64,000 nucleotides of DNA from Spirochaetia bacterium (GTDB lineage Bacteria; Spirochaetota; Spirochaetia; SZUA-6; Bin103): assembly GCA_965208575.1 (NCBI GenBank), contig CBDBOV010000004.1, positions 960,001 to 1,024,000 on the forward strand. Direction: 5' to 3'. Under the pieces are notes generated by a model. The model searched no databases. It was not told the origin of the DNA and saw nothing but the letters and a program-made list of their open reading frames with translations. Shown one piece after another: positions 31,427 through 41,529 of the stretch; position 1 is the stretch's first letter; each line of letters begins with the position of its first letter. Made by a program: the position numbers and the translations under genes.

Positions 31427-32728
31427 CTATTGATCCGACTCCTTGCCTGCCTGTCCGTTGGAGGCGGTGGAATTGCCGTCGCCGGCCAGCGCCGACAGGG
31501 TGGCGCGCGGCGTCAGCACTCCGAGCAGACGCTCGTCCTCGCCGAGCACCGGGATCGGCAGCCGGTTGTCCGCGGCCACGCCGAGCAACTCGTCGAGAGA
31601 CTGCTCGGCGCGCGCGGTGGGGGTGTCGTCGCGAACCACCTCGCCGAGGTCGCGGTCGCCCCGCTTCACCGCGGCGGTAACGTCACCGAGCAGCACCAAT
31701 CCGCGGTACTGGTTGTCTTCGCCGGTCACGAACCCCACCCGCTGCCGGTCGTGTTCCAGGGCCGCCTTGGCGCGGCGCGGGTGGGTAGCGAGCGGCAGCG
31801 ACGTCACCGGATCCATCGCCACGCCGGCGCTCAGTACGCGCGAACGGTTCACGTCCCGGACAAAGTCCTCGATGTACGCGTCGGCCGGGGCGGTGATGAT
31901 CTCCTCCGGGGTGCCGACCTGGATCACCCGCCCATCCTTGAGGATCGCGATGCGGTCGCCGAGCTGCAGCGCCTCGTCCAGGTCGTGGGTGATGAACACG
32001 ATCGTCTTGTGCAGGTCGCGCTGCAGGCGAACCAGCTCATCCTGCATGTCGCGCCGGATCAGCGGATCGAGCGCGCTGAACGGTTCGTCCATCAGCAGGA
32101 TCTCGGGATCGGTGCACAACGCCCGCGCCAGGCCGACGCGCTGCTGCATGCCGCCCGACAACTGGCTCGGACGCATCTGCTCGTAGCCCTTCAACCCGAC
32201 CACGTCGATCCACCGCCGGGCGCGTTCCCAGCGCTCCTCCTTGGCGACCCCCTGCACGCTCAGCCCGTAGGCCACGTTGCGGAGGACGTTGCGATGCGGC
32301 AGCAGGCCGAAGCGCTGAAACACCATGCTCATCCTGGTCCGGCGCAGCGCCTTGACATCGGCCGCCGCCATCTCGACCACGTCGACGCCGCCGATCAGCA
32401 CCTGCCCCGCCGTGGGCTCGATGAGCCGGTTCACGCAGCGTACGAAGGTGGACTTGCCGCTGCCCGACAGGCCCATCACGACGAACGTCTCCGCACCCCT
32501 GATGTGCAGGTTCACGTCATGCAGGCCGACCGTGTGGCCGGTGTCGGCGAGAATCTCGTCCTTGCCGTCGCCGGCCTGCACCCGCGCCAGCACTTCCGCC
32601 GGCCGCGGACCGAATATCTTGTACAGATCCCGGACTTCTATGTCGTCGGCCGGGGAATCGTCCCTGGTTGCGGCCTGCACCGCATCGCCGTCCGGGTCGC
32701 TGCCGTTGACGCTCTCGGTACTCATCAC
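31427..32728 (-). CDS. proV: Glycine betaine/proline ABC transporter ATP-binding subunit
   Basis: GLSGSGKST, LSGGMQQRVGLARAL, LMDEPFSALDP, FITHD, C-terminal CBS domains. Confidence 0.93.
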   Translation of the reverse strand: MMSTESVNGSDPDGDAVQAATRDDSPADDIEVRDLYKIFGPRPAEVLARVQAGDGKDEILADTGHTVGLHDVNLHIRGAETFVVMGLSGSGKSTFVRCVNRLIEPTAGQVLIGGVDVVEMAAADVKALRRTRMSMVFQRFGLLPHRNVLRNVAYGLSVQGVAKEERWERARRWIDVVGLKGYEQMRPSQLSGGMQQRVGLARALCTDPEILLMDEPFSALDPLIRRDMQDELVRLQRDLHKTIVFITHDLDEALQLGDRIAILKDGRVIQVGTPEEIITAPADAYIEDFVRDVNRSRVLSAGVAMDPVTSLPLATHPRRAKAALEHDRQRVGFVTGEDNQYRGLVLLGDVTAAVKRGDRDLGEVVRDDTPTARAEQSLDELLGVAADNRLPIPVLGEDERLLGVLTPRATLSALAGDGNSTASNGQAGKESDQ

Positions 32729-32746
32729 TGCCTCCCCGCGGCCGCC

Positions 32747-33658
32747 TCAGGCACGCACCGTCTTGGTCGGGTCGAGCCGGACGCCGAACGCGGCGGTGAT
32801 GCGATCGAAGATGATCGCCAATGCCAGAATGGCGAGTCCCGCCTCCAGGCCCATCCCCACGTCGGCGTTGTTCAATCCGCGCAACACCTGCCGGCCGAGG
32901 CCGCGCGCCCCGATCATCGAGGCGATCACCACCATCGCCAGCGCCATCATGATCGTCTGGTTGACCCCGGCCATGATGTTCGGCATCGCCAGCGGGATGC
33001 GTACGCCCCACAGAATCTGCCGTCCGGTGGCGCCGAATGCGTCGGCCGCTTCCACGGTAGCACTGTCCACCAGGCGGATGCCGAGGTCGGTCAGGCGCAC
33101 GATCGGCGGCACGGCGTACACGAAGATGGCGAAGATCGCCGCCACGTTGCCGAGACCGAAGAAGAAGATGAACGGGATCAGGTACACGAACGGTGGCACG
33201 GTCTGCATCGCGTCGAGAATCGGGTTGACCACCGAGCGCACGTACCGGTTGGTGCCCATCAGAATGCCGACCGGGACGCCGGCCGCCACCGTAATGGAGG
33301 TGGCGATGAACAGGATCGCCAGCGTGCGCATGGTCTCCTCCCACAGGTCCATCATGCCGATGAACACCAGGGCCGCGGCCAGGGCAAGCGCCAGCGTGCG
33401 GTTGCGCGACGCGCGCCACGCAATCAGGCAGATGATCGCTATCACCAGCCACCAGGGCAGCCGCACCAGGGTCGTCTCCACCTGGCGCAGAATTATCAGC
33501 ATCAGGCTGTTCAGGGTGTCGAACGCGGAGCCGAAGTTCTGCACCAGAAACTTCAGGGCATCGTTGGTCCACTCGCGGAGCGGGATCTGGCACCCCTCCG
33601 GGAATGCCGTCAGAACCCGGCCGAAGCTACCCGCACATTCCTGCAACCAGCTCTTCAT
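32747..33658 (-). CDS. proW: Glycine betaine/proline ABC transporter permease
   Basis: LDAMQTVPPFVYLIP, RLTDLGIR, EAADAFG, AGVNQTIMMAL. Confidence 0.93.
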   Translation of the reverse strand: MKSWLQECAGSFGRVLTAFPEGCQIPLREWTNDALKFLVQNFGSAFDTLNSLMLIILRQVETTLVRLPWWLVIAIICLIAWRASRNRTLALALAAALVFIGMMDLWEETMRTLAILFIATSITVAAGVPVGILMGTNRYVRSVVNPILDAMQTVPPFVYLIPFIFFFGLGNVAAIFAIFVYAVPPIVRLTDLGIRLVDSATVEAADAFGATGRQILWGVRIPLAMPNIMAGVNQTIMMALAMVVIASMIGARGLGRQVLRGLNNADVGMGLEAGLAILALAIIFDRITAAFGVRLDPTKTVRA

Positions 33659-33709
33659 GAATCGCGGTCCCTCGTCCGTGGGATCGGGGACGATAGCGGT
33701 CCGAACGGT

Positions 33710-33737
33710 GCGGGGGCACCGCTACCGGTACCCCCGC
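33710..33737 (-). other. Intercistronic RNA stem-loop between proX and proW
   Basis: Minus-strand RNA GCGGGGGUACCG-GUAG-CGGUGCCCCCGC, 12-bp stem with one G-U pair. Confidence 0.55.
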
Positions 33738-33781
33738 GTCTGCGCTCGCCGGGCGACATGACAGCGCCCGCGCGCGCCGGC

Positions 33782-34852
33782 TTAACCGTCGAGTGCCGCC
33801 TGGACGCGGCTGGCCACCTCGTCGGATACCCAGGCGGTCCACACGGTCTCGTTGCGCAGAAACTCGCGCGCGACGTCGGCCCACTCCGCATCCATCTCGC
33901 TCTGCTTCGCCAGGTACGCACTGACCATCATCTGGTCGACCTCGTACGCGCGCAGCATCTCGACCATCTCCTCCGAAGCGGCGTCGGCAAACGGCTTGCT
34001 TACGGCGACGTTGACGATCGACGGGGGAAACGCGCAGCCGCGGTCTCCATCCCAGCACTCCTGCGTCCACTCCGGTTCCTCAAGTGGGATCATCACGTAC
34101 GTGCCCAGCAGCGAAGTGGGACCCCAGTAGTAGCCGAGCCACGCTTCGCCCTTCTCGTAGGCGGCCGCGATCGACGCATCCAGTGCCGGCGCCGCACCGG
34201 GGCGGAAGTTGGTGAAGTGCCCCTCGAGGCCGTACGCGGCCATCTTCTGGTTGTTGGTCAGTTCGCACTGCCAGCCGATGATGCAGTTGTAGTAGCGGCC
34301 CATGTCGGGCTGCTCGGGATCCTGGAACAACTGAGCGTACTTCGGCAGATCGGACACCGACTTCAGGTCCGGCGCCATCGGCGCGATGCCGCGTTCGGCG
34401 TCGCCCTCGATCACGTAGCGCGGCACCAGGAACGACATCTCGGCGGCCTTCATGTTCAGGCCCAGGTCGAGCACGTCACCGCTGGCCGCGGACTCGTGGT
34501 AAATCTCCGGAGCGGTGTTGAACCAGATCTCCATGTTGATGTCGATGTCGCCGCGCACCAGGCCCTGCACCATCGGGATGGTCGATCCAGGAATGTCCGT
34601 GTAGGAGCATCCGAAACCGTTCTGCAGAATCTGCCCGGCGATGTGGTTGTGCAACTGCGCACTAGCCCAGTCCAGCCCGGCGAACACGAGATCACGCGAG
34701 ATGCCGTTACAGGCATCGCCCTCCTCCTGGGCCGCCTCGGCAACCGCGAACGGAGCGGCCAGCGCCAACGCCAGGGCGCCGACCAGGAACCGAATCGATT
34801 TCTTTGCCAACAAAGAACCGGAGCCGTCTATCGACTCTTTGTGAATACACAT
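33782..34852 (-). CDS. proX: Glycine betaine/proline ABC transporter substrate-binding protein
   Basis: Signal peptide, LDWASA, RGDIDINMEIW, FQDPEQP, C.IGWQC, YYWGP. Confidence 0.9.
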   Translation of the reverse strand: MCIHKESIDGSGSLLAKKSIRFLVGALALALAAPFAVAEAAQEEGDACNGISRDLVFAGLDWASAQLHNHIAGQILQNGFGCSYTDIPGSTIPMVQGLVRGDIDINMEIWFNTAPEIYHESAASGDVLDLGLNMKAAEMSFLVPRYVIEGDAERGIAPMAPDLKSVSDLPKYAQLFQDPEQPDMGRYYNCIIGWQCELTNNQKMAAYGLEGHFTNFRPGAAPALDASIAAAYEKGEAWLGYYWGPTSLLGTYVMIPLEEPEWTQECWDGDRGCAFPPSIVNVAVSKPFADAASEEMVEMLRAYEVDQMMVSAYLAKQSEMDAEWADVAREFLRNETVWTAWVSDEVASRVQAALDG

Positions 34853-34876
34853 AGGTGATGAAGACTAGCACGGCGG

Positions 34877-36826
34877 ATGGCGCCTGTCAACGACGTGCGC
34901 CCGGCAGCCGATAAACGTTACGTGAGCAGTGCCGCGGACATGCCCTCGCCGGAGGCGGCCGGACGCGACCTGACCGCCCGGCGCCTGGTTCTGTTCGTGT
35001 CGTTTCTCGTGCTCTGCATGGCGGCGCTGATATTCCGCTACACCACGTTCATGATCGTCGACGGCCATCCGTCCGGCGATCCGGTGGTGCGCCTCCCGGA
35101 CGTGGAGCGCGGTCCGATCCTGGACCGCAACGGGCGCGTGCTCGCGATCACCATCGAACGCGACTCGGTCACCGCCTGGGCGCCGACGGTGACCGACCCG
35201 TCCGGGTCGGCGGCGCTGCTCGCCGACATCCTGGACCTGAACGCGCACGAGGTGCGGCGCCTGTTCGACAGCGACGGCTTCGTGTACGTCAAGCGCCACA
35301 TTGCGCCCGACCGGTCGGCCGCCATCCGGGCGGCGCGCGAGCGCGGCGAACTGCGCGGCATCGGCCTGCAGGCGGAACAGGCGCGCTTCTACCCCGAGGG
35401 GAAGCTGGCCGCCCACGTACTGGGCTTCGTCGGGGTGGACAACGTGGGGCTGGAGGGCATCGAGAACACGTTCAACCACGTGCTCGCGCCCGATACCATC
35501 GCCCCTGGGGGCACCGAGGTGTTCGGTAACCAGGTGTTCCTCACCCTGGACGTCAACGTCCAGCACGGCATGGAGCAACTCGCCGCGGACGCCCGCGCCG
35601 AGCACGACGCCGATGCCGTGTACATCGTGGTGGCGGCGGCCGATTCCGGCGAGATTCTCGCCTACGCCGCGCAGCCCTCGTTCGATCCGAATGCCTACGC
35701 GGAGGTGCCGAAGGAACGGTGGCGCAATGCGATCGCCACCATGCCCTACGAACCGGGCTCGGTGTTCAAGATATTCACCATGGCCAGCCTGCTGCAGAGC
35801 GGGGCCATCACCCCCTCCATGACGTTTCCCAGTCCCGGCTACTACCGGCGCAGGCTACCGGGCGGCGGCACCATCCGTATCGGCGACCTCGGCGTGTACG
35901 GCGACCTGGATGCCGAGAACATCCTGCGCTATTCGAGCAACGCGGGTACCGCACATGCATCGGACCGGATCGATGCCGACACATTTCACCACATGCTGCG
36001 CACGTTCGGCTTCGGAGCGTCCACCGGGTCGCCGTTCCCGGGCGAGAGCCCGGGGATCCTGCGCGACCCCGCCGAGTGGTCGTTGCGCACCAAGCCTACC
36101 CTCGCCATCGGACAGGAGATCTCGGTGACCGCGCTGCAGGTGATGCAGGGCGCCTCCGCGTTTGCCAACGGCGGCGTCATGCTGCGGCCGCTCCTGGTGC
36201 GCGAGGTGGTCGCCGCCGACGGTACGGTGGTCAAGCCGTTCGCCCCCGATCCGGTGCGCCGGGTGGTCGACCCGGAGGTCGCGGGACGGGTGCTCGCCAT
36301 GATGGAGACGGTTGCTACCAAGGGCACCGGCCGCCTGGCCCAGCTCAAGGGCTATCGCATCGCCACCAAGACCGGCACCGCGCAGGTATTCGACCCCGTA
36401 TCCGGCGCCTACTCGGATGAGCACCTGATCGCGTCGATCCTCGGCATCCTGCCCGCCGGCGACCCGCGCTTCCTCGCCTACGTCGTCATTCAGCATCCGA
36501 AGGGGGCGCAGCGCTACGGCGGCCTGATCGCCGCGCCGCTGCTGAAAAAGGTAGCCGGCTTTCTCACCACCTATTACCGCATGCCACCGGACGACGCGGA
36601 TCCGCTGCCGCATCCCGCGCACATCGTGGTGTCCGCCGCCCCGCACCTCGCCGTCAGCGATGCGATTCCCGACCTCGCCGGACTGCCGCTGCGCCGTCTG
36701 CTGCCGCTGTTCGAGCGATCCGACGTGAAGGTCGCGCTGCACGGCTCCGGTTACGTGACCCGCCAGGATCCCGCGCCCGGGTCGCCGCTCACCGCCGGCT
36801 CCACCCTGCACGTCTGGCTGCGCTGA
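34877..36826 (+). CDS. Class B penicillin-binding protein (FtsI/SpoVD-like) with PASTA domain
   Basis: TM anchor, RGPILDRNG, RFYPEG, GLEGIE, YEPGSVFK (SxxK), SSN, KTGTAQ, C-terminal PASTA; start uncertain. Confidence 0.92.
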   Translation: MAPVNDVRPAADKRYVSSAADMPSPEAAGRDLTARRLVLFVSFLVLCMAALIFRYTTFMIVDGHPSGDPVVRLPDVERGPILDRNGRVLAITIERDSVTAWAPTVTDPSGSAALLADILDLNAHEVRRLFDSDGFVYVKRHIAPDRSAAIRAARERGELRGIGLQAEQARFYPEGKLAAHVLGFVGVDNVGLEGIENTFNHVLAPDTIAPGGTEVFGNQVFLTLDVNVQHGMEQLAADARAEHDADAVYIVVAAADSGEILAYAAQPSFDPNAYAEVPKERWRNAIATMPYEPGSVFKIFTMASLLQSGAITPSMTFPSPGYYRRRLPGGGTIRIGDLGVYGDLDAENILRYSSNAGTAHASDRIDADTFHHMLRTFGFGASTGSPFPGESPGILRDPAEWSLRTKPTLAIGQEISVTALQVMQGASAFANGGVMLRPLLVREVVAADGTVVKPFAPDPVRRVVDPEVAGRVLAMMETVATKGTGRLAQLKGYRIATKTGTAQVFDPVSGAYSDEHLIASILGILPAGDPRFLAYVVIQHPKGAQRYGGLIAAPLLKKVAGFLTTYYRMPPDDADPLPHPAHIVVSAAPHLAVSDAIPDLAGLPLRRLLPLFERSDVKVALHGSGYVTRQDPAPGSPLTAGSTLHVWLR

Positions 36827-36887
36827 CCGAGCGCTGACCGTCCGCTCCTTGTGTTTCCGCCGTCCAATGGCTAACTTTGCGCCTGCG

Positions 36888-38399
36888 ATGAGCAAGGCAG
36901 CAGCCCGAACCGCCATATCCCCGACTCGCGCCCAGAACTACCCCGAGTGGTATCAGCAGGTGGTGCGGGCCGCCGACCTGGCCGAGCTGTCTCCGGTACG
37001 CGGCTGCATGGTAATCAAGCCGTGGGGCTACGCGCTGTGGGAGAACATGCAGCGTGCGCTCGACGGCATGTTCAAGGCCACCGGCCACAGCAACGCCTAC
37101 TTCCCGCTGTTCATTCCGTTGCGCTACCTGGAGCGCGAGGCGGAACACGTGGAGGGGTTCGCCAAGGAGTGCGCGGTGGTCACTCACCACCGGCTGGAGC
37201 CGGGTGCGGATGGCAGGCTGGTGCCGGCCGGCAAGCTGGACGAGCCGTACGTGGTGCGTCCCACCAGCGAAACCATCATTGGCGAGATGTACTCCAAGTG
37301 GGTGCAGTCCTACCGGGACCTGCCGATCCTGATCAACCAGTGGGCCAACGTGGTGCGCTGGGAGTTGCGCCCGCGCCTGTTCCTGCGCACCGCGGAGTTC
37401 CTGTGGCAGGAGGGCCACACCGTGCACGCCACCGCCGAGGAGGCGCACGAAGAGACGCTGCGCATGCTCGGGGTGTACGCGGACTTTGCGGAAAACCACA
37501 TGGCGATGCCGGTGCTGCGCGGCGAAAAGAGCGCCGGCGAGCGCTTTCCCGGCGCCGAGAATACCTACACCATCGAGGCGATGATGCAGGACCGCAAGGC
37601 GCTGCAGGCCGGCACCTCGCACTTCCTCGGACAGAACTTCGCGCGCGCCTGCAATATCACGTTCAGTGACCGGGACGGCGCGATCGCCCATGCCTGGACC
37701 ACCTCCTGGGGCGTGTCGACGCGCCTGGTGGGCGGGCTGATCATGACGCACGGCGACGACGACGGCGTGCTGCTGCCGCCGCGCCTCGCCCCGCAGCACG
37801 CGGTAATCCTGCCCATCTACAAGGACGACGCGCAGCGCACCGCGGTGCTCCAATTCTGCCGCGGCCTGGAACGGCGGCTGCGCGACACGCGCTACGCCCA
37901 CGAGCCGTTGCGCGTCACCGTCGACGACCGCGACCTGCGCGGCGGCGAAAAGAACTGGCACCATATCAAGCGCGGCGTGCCGCTGCGCATCGAGGTGGGG
38001 CCGCGCGACCTCGCCGCCGGCACCGTTTCGGTGGCCCGCCGCGACCGCCCGCCGCGCGAGCGCGCCGCGGTCGCCCACGAGCAACTGGCCGCCGCGGCGC
38101 CGGCGCTGCTGGCGGAGATGCAGGACGGACTGCTGCGGCGCGCGCGGCGCTTCCTGAACGACCACACCCGCCGGGTGTCGGGGCTGGCGGAGCTGGAGGA
38201 GTACTTCCGCGACGACGCGTCGGCCGGATTCGCGATCGCCCCGTTGTCCGCCGCCGCCGAGCAGGATCCCGCCTGCCGGGAGCTGTTCGGCAGGCTCAAG
38301 CTGAGCCTGCGCTGCATCCCGGACGCCGCCGACACCGGCCCCTGCATCTTTACGGGCGACGGCGGCGCGCCCGTCGCGGTGATCGCGCGCGCCTACTGA
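36888..38399 (+). CDS. proS: Proline--tRNA ligase (archaeal/eukaryote type)
   Basis: RPTSET, NQWANVVRWE, FLRTAEFLWQEGHT, LQAGTSHFLGQNF, TSWGVSTR, terminal RAY. Confidence 0.96.
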   Translation: MSKAAARTAISPTRAQNYPEWYQQVVRAADLAELSPVRGCMVIKPWGYALWENMQRALDGMFKATGHSNAYFPLFIPLRYLEREAEHVEGFAKECAVVTHHRLEPGADGRLVPAGKLDEPYVVRPTSETIIGEMYSKWVQSYRDLPILINQWANVVRWELRPRLFLRTAEFLWQEGHTVHATAEEAHEETLRMLGVYADFAENHMAMPVLRGEKSAGERFPGAENTYTIEAMMQDRKALQAGTSHFLGQNFARACNITFSDRDGAIAHAWTTSWGVSTRLVGGLIMTHGDDDGVLLPPRLAPQHAVILPIYKDDAQRTAVLQFCRGLERRLRDTRYAHEPLRVTVDDRDLRGGEKNWHHIKRGVPLRIEVGPRDLAAGTVSVARRDRPPRERAAVAHEQLAAAAPALLAEMQDGLLRRARRFLNDHTRRVSGLAELEEYFRDDASAGFAIAPLSAAAEQDPACRELFGRLKLSLRCIPDAADTGPCIFTGDGGAPVAVIARAY

Positions 38400-38488
38400 A
38401 GCTACCGGCCGCCCGCAGTGCGCAGTACCGCGGCGCCATCGGCCGGCGCCCTGGTCGATGGCGCCGCGGCCGCGGTATGCTTGCAGAC

Positions 38489-38695
38489 ATGCCGATCAAC
38501 ATAACCGTCATCGCCATTCTGATCGTGGTGGCGGCGCTGCTCGCCTACATGCTGGCAGTGCTCGGCCAGCCGCTGCTCAAGCTGACGCGTGCCGGCGGCG
38601 CGCTGGCCGCCGGCCGCGGCGTGCTGCTCGGCGTGCTCCTGGTGGCCGAGCTGGCCGTGGTCATCGCACTCACCGTGGTGGTGGCGCGGCTGTAG
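38489..38695 (+). CDS. Small two-TM membrane protein
   Basis: Two hydrophobic helices; TATGCT -10 box 7 nt before ATG. Confidence 0.6.
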   Translation: MPINITVIAILIVVAALLAYMLAVLGQPLLKLTRAGGALAAGRGVLLGVLLVAELAVVIALTVVVARL

Positions 38696-38761
38696 CGCCA
38701 CGTCCGGCCCGGCGACTGCCACGCAGGCCCAGGGGTTCGCGGCCCTGCCCGTCCACCGAGG

Positions 38762-39934
38762 TCAGCGCTGCGGATTGGTGATCCGGTAGAGCGCGCCGTC
38801 GGATTCGTCGGTCAGCACCCAGAGGGCGCCGTCCGGCCCCTGGCGAACGTCGCGCACACGCTCCGCCAGCCGGTCCAGGAGCACCTCCTGCTCGACCGCC
38901 TCGTCGCCGCGCAGCACGACCCGGCGCAGGTGGCGGCCCACCAGGGCGCCCACGAACAGGTCGCCGCGCCAGTTCGGAAACTCGTCGCCGGTGTAGAACG
39001 CCATCCCGGAGGGGGCGATTGACGGCGTCCAGTGCAGCAGCGGCGGTTCCATGCCGGGCGCCTCGGTACCGATCCCGATGCTCGGGCCCGCGTACTCGCG
39101 GCCGAAGGTCACCACCGGCCAGCCGTAGTTGGCGCCGCCGCGCAGGATGTTGATCTCGTCGCCGCCGCGCGGGCCGTGCTCGTGCACCCAGGTGGCGCCG
39201 GTGTCGGGGTGAATCGCCAGCCCCTGAATGTTGCGGTGGCCCCAGGTGAACACCTCCGGCGCGGCACCGGGGATCGCGAGGGCAACGGCGCGCGGCGACG
39301 GGCTGCCGTCCGGCCGGATGCGCAGCACCGATCCGGCGTGGTCGGCGGGATCCTGCGCCCGGTTGCGCTGGCCGCGGTCGCCGAGCCCGACCACCAGGTC
39401 GCCGTCGGCCAGAAACGCCAGCCGCGAGCCGAAGTGGCGGCCGCCGCGAGACGCCCGGTTCATGGCGAAGATGCGCCGCACCTCCAGCAGCCGGTCTCCT
39501 TCCAGCCGGGCGCGCGCCACCGCGGTGCGCAGACCGCCGTCGGCCCGCTCCGCGTAGGAGAAGTAGATCAACCGGTTGGCGGCGAAACCGGGATCGAGAA
39601 TCACGTCGAGCAGGCCGCCCTGCCCGGCCGCGGCAACCTCCGGGAGCCCGGTCACAATCGTGCGCGCGCCGTCCGCGTCGATGCGCAGCAGGCGCCCCGG
39701 GCGTTCGGTAATCAGCAGCCCGCCACCGGGCAAGAACGCCACCGCCCACGGGTGCGCGAGCCGGGTCACCACCGCCTCCACCGCGTACCCGTGTTCGCGC
39801 GACTGGTAGGTTTCCGTCTGCGCCTGCACCGCCGGTGTGCAGCCCAGCAGCATCACCAGCGACACTACCGCGGCAACCGGTGCCGCGCACCATCGACTCG
39901 TGCCACGGCGCGCACTCTGCTTACGGATTTGCAT
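38762..39934 (-). CDS. PQQ-dependent sugar dehydrogenase (YliI/soluble GDH family), probable lipoprotein
   Basis: LLGC lipobox, HPWAVAFLP, GQGGLLDV, HFGSRL, GHRNIQG, EHGPRGGDEIN, NYGWP, SIAPSG, RVRDV.QGPDG. Confidence 0.92.
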   Translation of the reverse strand: MQIRKQSARRGTSRWCAAPVAAVVSLVMLLGCTPAVQAQTETYQSREHGYAVEAVVTRLAHPWAVAFLPGGGLLITERPGRLLRIDADGARTIVTGLPEVAAAGQGGLLDVILDPGFAANRLIYFSYAERADGGLRTAVARARLEGDRLLEVRRIFAMNRASRGGRHFGSRLAFLADGDLVVGLGDRGQRNRAQDPADHAGSVLRIRPDGSPSPRAVALAIPGAAPEVFTWGHRNIQGLAIHPDTGATWVHEHGPRGGDEINILRGGANYGWPVVTFGREYAGPSIGIGTEAPGMEPPLLHWTPSIAPSGMAFYTGDEFPNWRGDLFVGALVGRHLRRVVLRGDEAVEQEVLLDRLAERVRDVRQGPDGALWVLTDESDGALYRITNPQR

Positions 39935-39981
39935 ACCCGGTCATTGATACCGCGCCGCGACCCGCCTTGTCATGCGATCGC

Positions 39982-40017
39982 CGTGGTCATCGTGGTCATC
40001 GTGGTCATCGTTGTCGT
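39982..40017. repeat. 9-bp tandem repeat (CGTGGTCAT)x3 plus one degenerate unit
   Basis: Seen directly between the divergent PQQ-dehydrogenase and DinB genes. Confidence 0.85.
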
Positions 40018-40146
40018 GCGAGCGCGGTGGCCGTGCCGGCGTGCCGCACGCAGGCGAGCGCCTCGGCGCCCGGCCACACGACGGGCGGCTTGCGCAGTTG
40101 GCGTGCGCCGGCGGGTGCGGTAGCATCGCCGCCATGAGTGACTGCC

Positions 40147-40659
40147 ATGAGTGAAGGTGCGGCCCGCAGCGCCGCCGATGCGATTCGCTTCATAGCCGGG
40201 GAGTTCACCCTCAACCGGCGCCTCGCCGAGCGCGCCGTGGCTCAGATGCCGCCGGAGGAGTTGGGCTGGCTGCCCGACGAGCACTCCAACAGCGTCGCCA
40301 TGCTGATGAAGCACGTCGGCGGCAACCTGCGCTCCCGGTTCACGGACTTCCTGACCACCGACGGCGAGAAGCCTGGCCGTGACCGCGACGCCGAATTCCG
40401 CAACGACGTGGTGGACCATGACACCGTGCTCGCGCTGTGGACCGCCGGCTGGGAGTGCGTCGAGGCAACCCTCGCCACGCTCAGCCCGGCCGAGCTGAAC
40501 CGCGAGATCACGATCCGCGGCGAGCCGCACACCGCCCTGCAGGCGTTGCTGCGAGCGATGGCCCATGCCGCCTACCACTGCGGTCAGATCGTGGCACTGG
40601 CACGCATGCGCAGCGCGCACTGGAGCACACTGACCCTGCCCAGAACCAGCCCGCCGTGA
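40147..40659 (+). CDS. DinB/DUF1572-family protein
   Basis: NSVAMLMKHVGGNLRSRFTDFLTTDGEKPGRDRDAEF, ITIRGE, HAAYHCGQIV. Confidence 0.9.
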   Translation: MSEGAARSAADAIRFIAGEFTLNRRLAERAVAQMPPEELGWLPDEHSNSVAMLMKHVGGNLRSRFTDFLTTDGEKPGRDRDAEFRNDVVDHDTVLALWTAGWECVEATLATLSPAELNREITIRGEPHTALQALLRAMAHAAYHCGQIVALARMRSAHWSTLTLPRTSPP

Positions 40660-40685
40660 CGCTGACCCACGCCGCAACGGCGCAA

Positions 40686-41458
40686 CTACGCCGCAACTAC
40701 ACCGCGACGGCACGCACCCGCAAACGCACGTAGTCGACCGTCCAGGCGGCGGCGGCATCGCGCAGCCGCGGCGCCGCCGCCGCCGACACCTCGGCCGTGA
40801 TCTCGTTCCAGGCAGGGCGGTCGAGATCGGCCCGCCACGCGACCGCGAACAGTTCCAGCCACTCGGCGAGCGTCCCCGGGATCGGCGTCGGGCGTTCGAA
40901 CAGTCTGGCGGAGGTCACCGCGAACCCGCCGCGCTCCAGCAGGGCGCAGTACGACTGGGCGCTCGGAAAGTACCAGGGGTCGCGCGCCGCCGGATCCAGT
41001 CCGCGGCGCCGGCAGGCGGCGCGCAGCGCGCGGTGCACGGTGGCGATGTTGCCGGCGCCGCCGAGTTCGGCCACGAAACAACCGCCGGCGCGCAGCAGGC
41101 GACGCGCCCCGGCAATCACCGGCGCCGGCTCCAGAATCCAGTGCAGCACCGCGTTGGAGAACACGCCGTCGAAGCTGCCCGCCGCCAGCCCCGTCTCCGC
41201 AAGGCGGCGGGCGTCCGCCACCCGCGCGGCCACGCCGCGCCGCCGCGCCGCCGCCACGAACGCCTCGCTGCGGTCCACGCCGATCACCCGGCAGCCGCGC
41301 GCGGCCAACTCCATCGTGAGTGCGCCGTCGCCGCAGCCAAGGTCGAGGATCCGGTCGCCGCGGACCGGATCGAGCAGATCGATCAGGCCGCGCCCGAGTT
41401 CCGGTACGTAGGAGGCACAGCGCCGATACCGCGCCGGTTGCCAGCACTGGTTCGCCAC
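40686..41458 (-). CDS. Class I SAM-dependent methyltransferase (Tam-like)
   Basis: ILDLGCGDG, FDGVFSNAVLHW, PWYFPS, W..DYVRLR; ORF track gives the stop at 40697. Confidence 0.85.
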
Positions 41459-41529
41459 GCATCCGATAGTATCTCGCGGCGCCGCGGGGATGGTATACGG
41501 CGGCGAGTGTTGATAGGGTGCCACGTGAC

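Noticed and set aside
31430-34858. 1142-aa plus-strand ORF and many other long antisense or alternate-frame ORFs (e.g. 27231-29552, 54831-57272, 43496-45166)
   Set aside because: Shadows of real genes in high-GC DNA; Arg/Ala/Gly-rich or mirror-codon composition with no family motifs
39975-40030. Val/Ile-rich reading (VVIVVIVVIVVV) as an ilv/leu attenuator leader for leuB
   Set aside because: No clear start or terminator; leuB is 1.5 kb away with DinB and an opposite-strand gene in between
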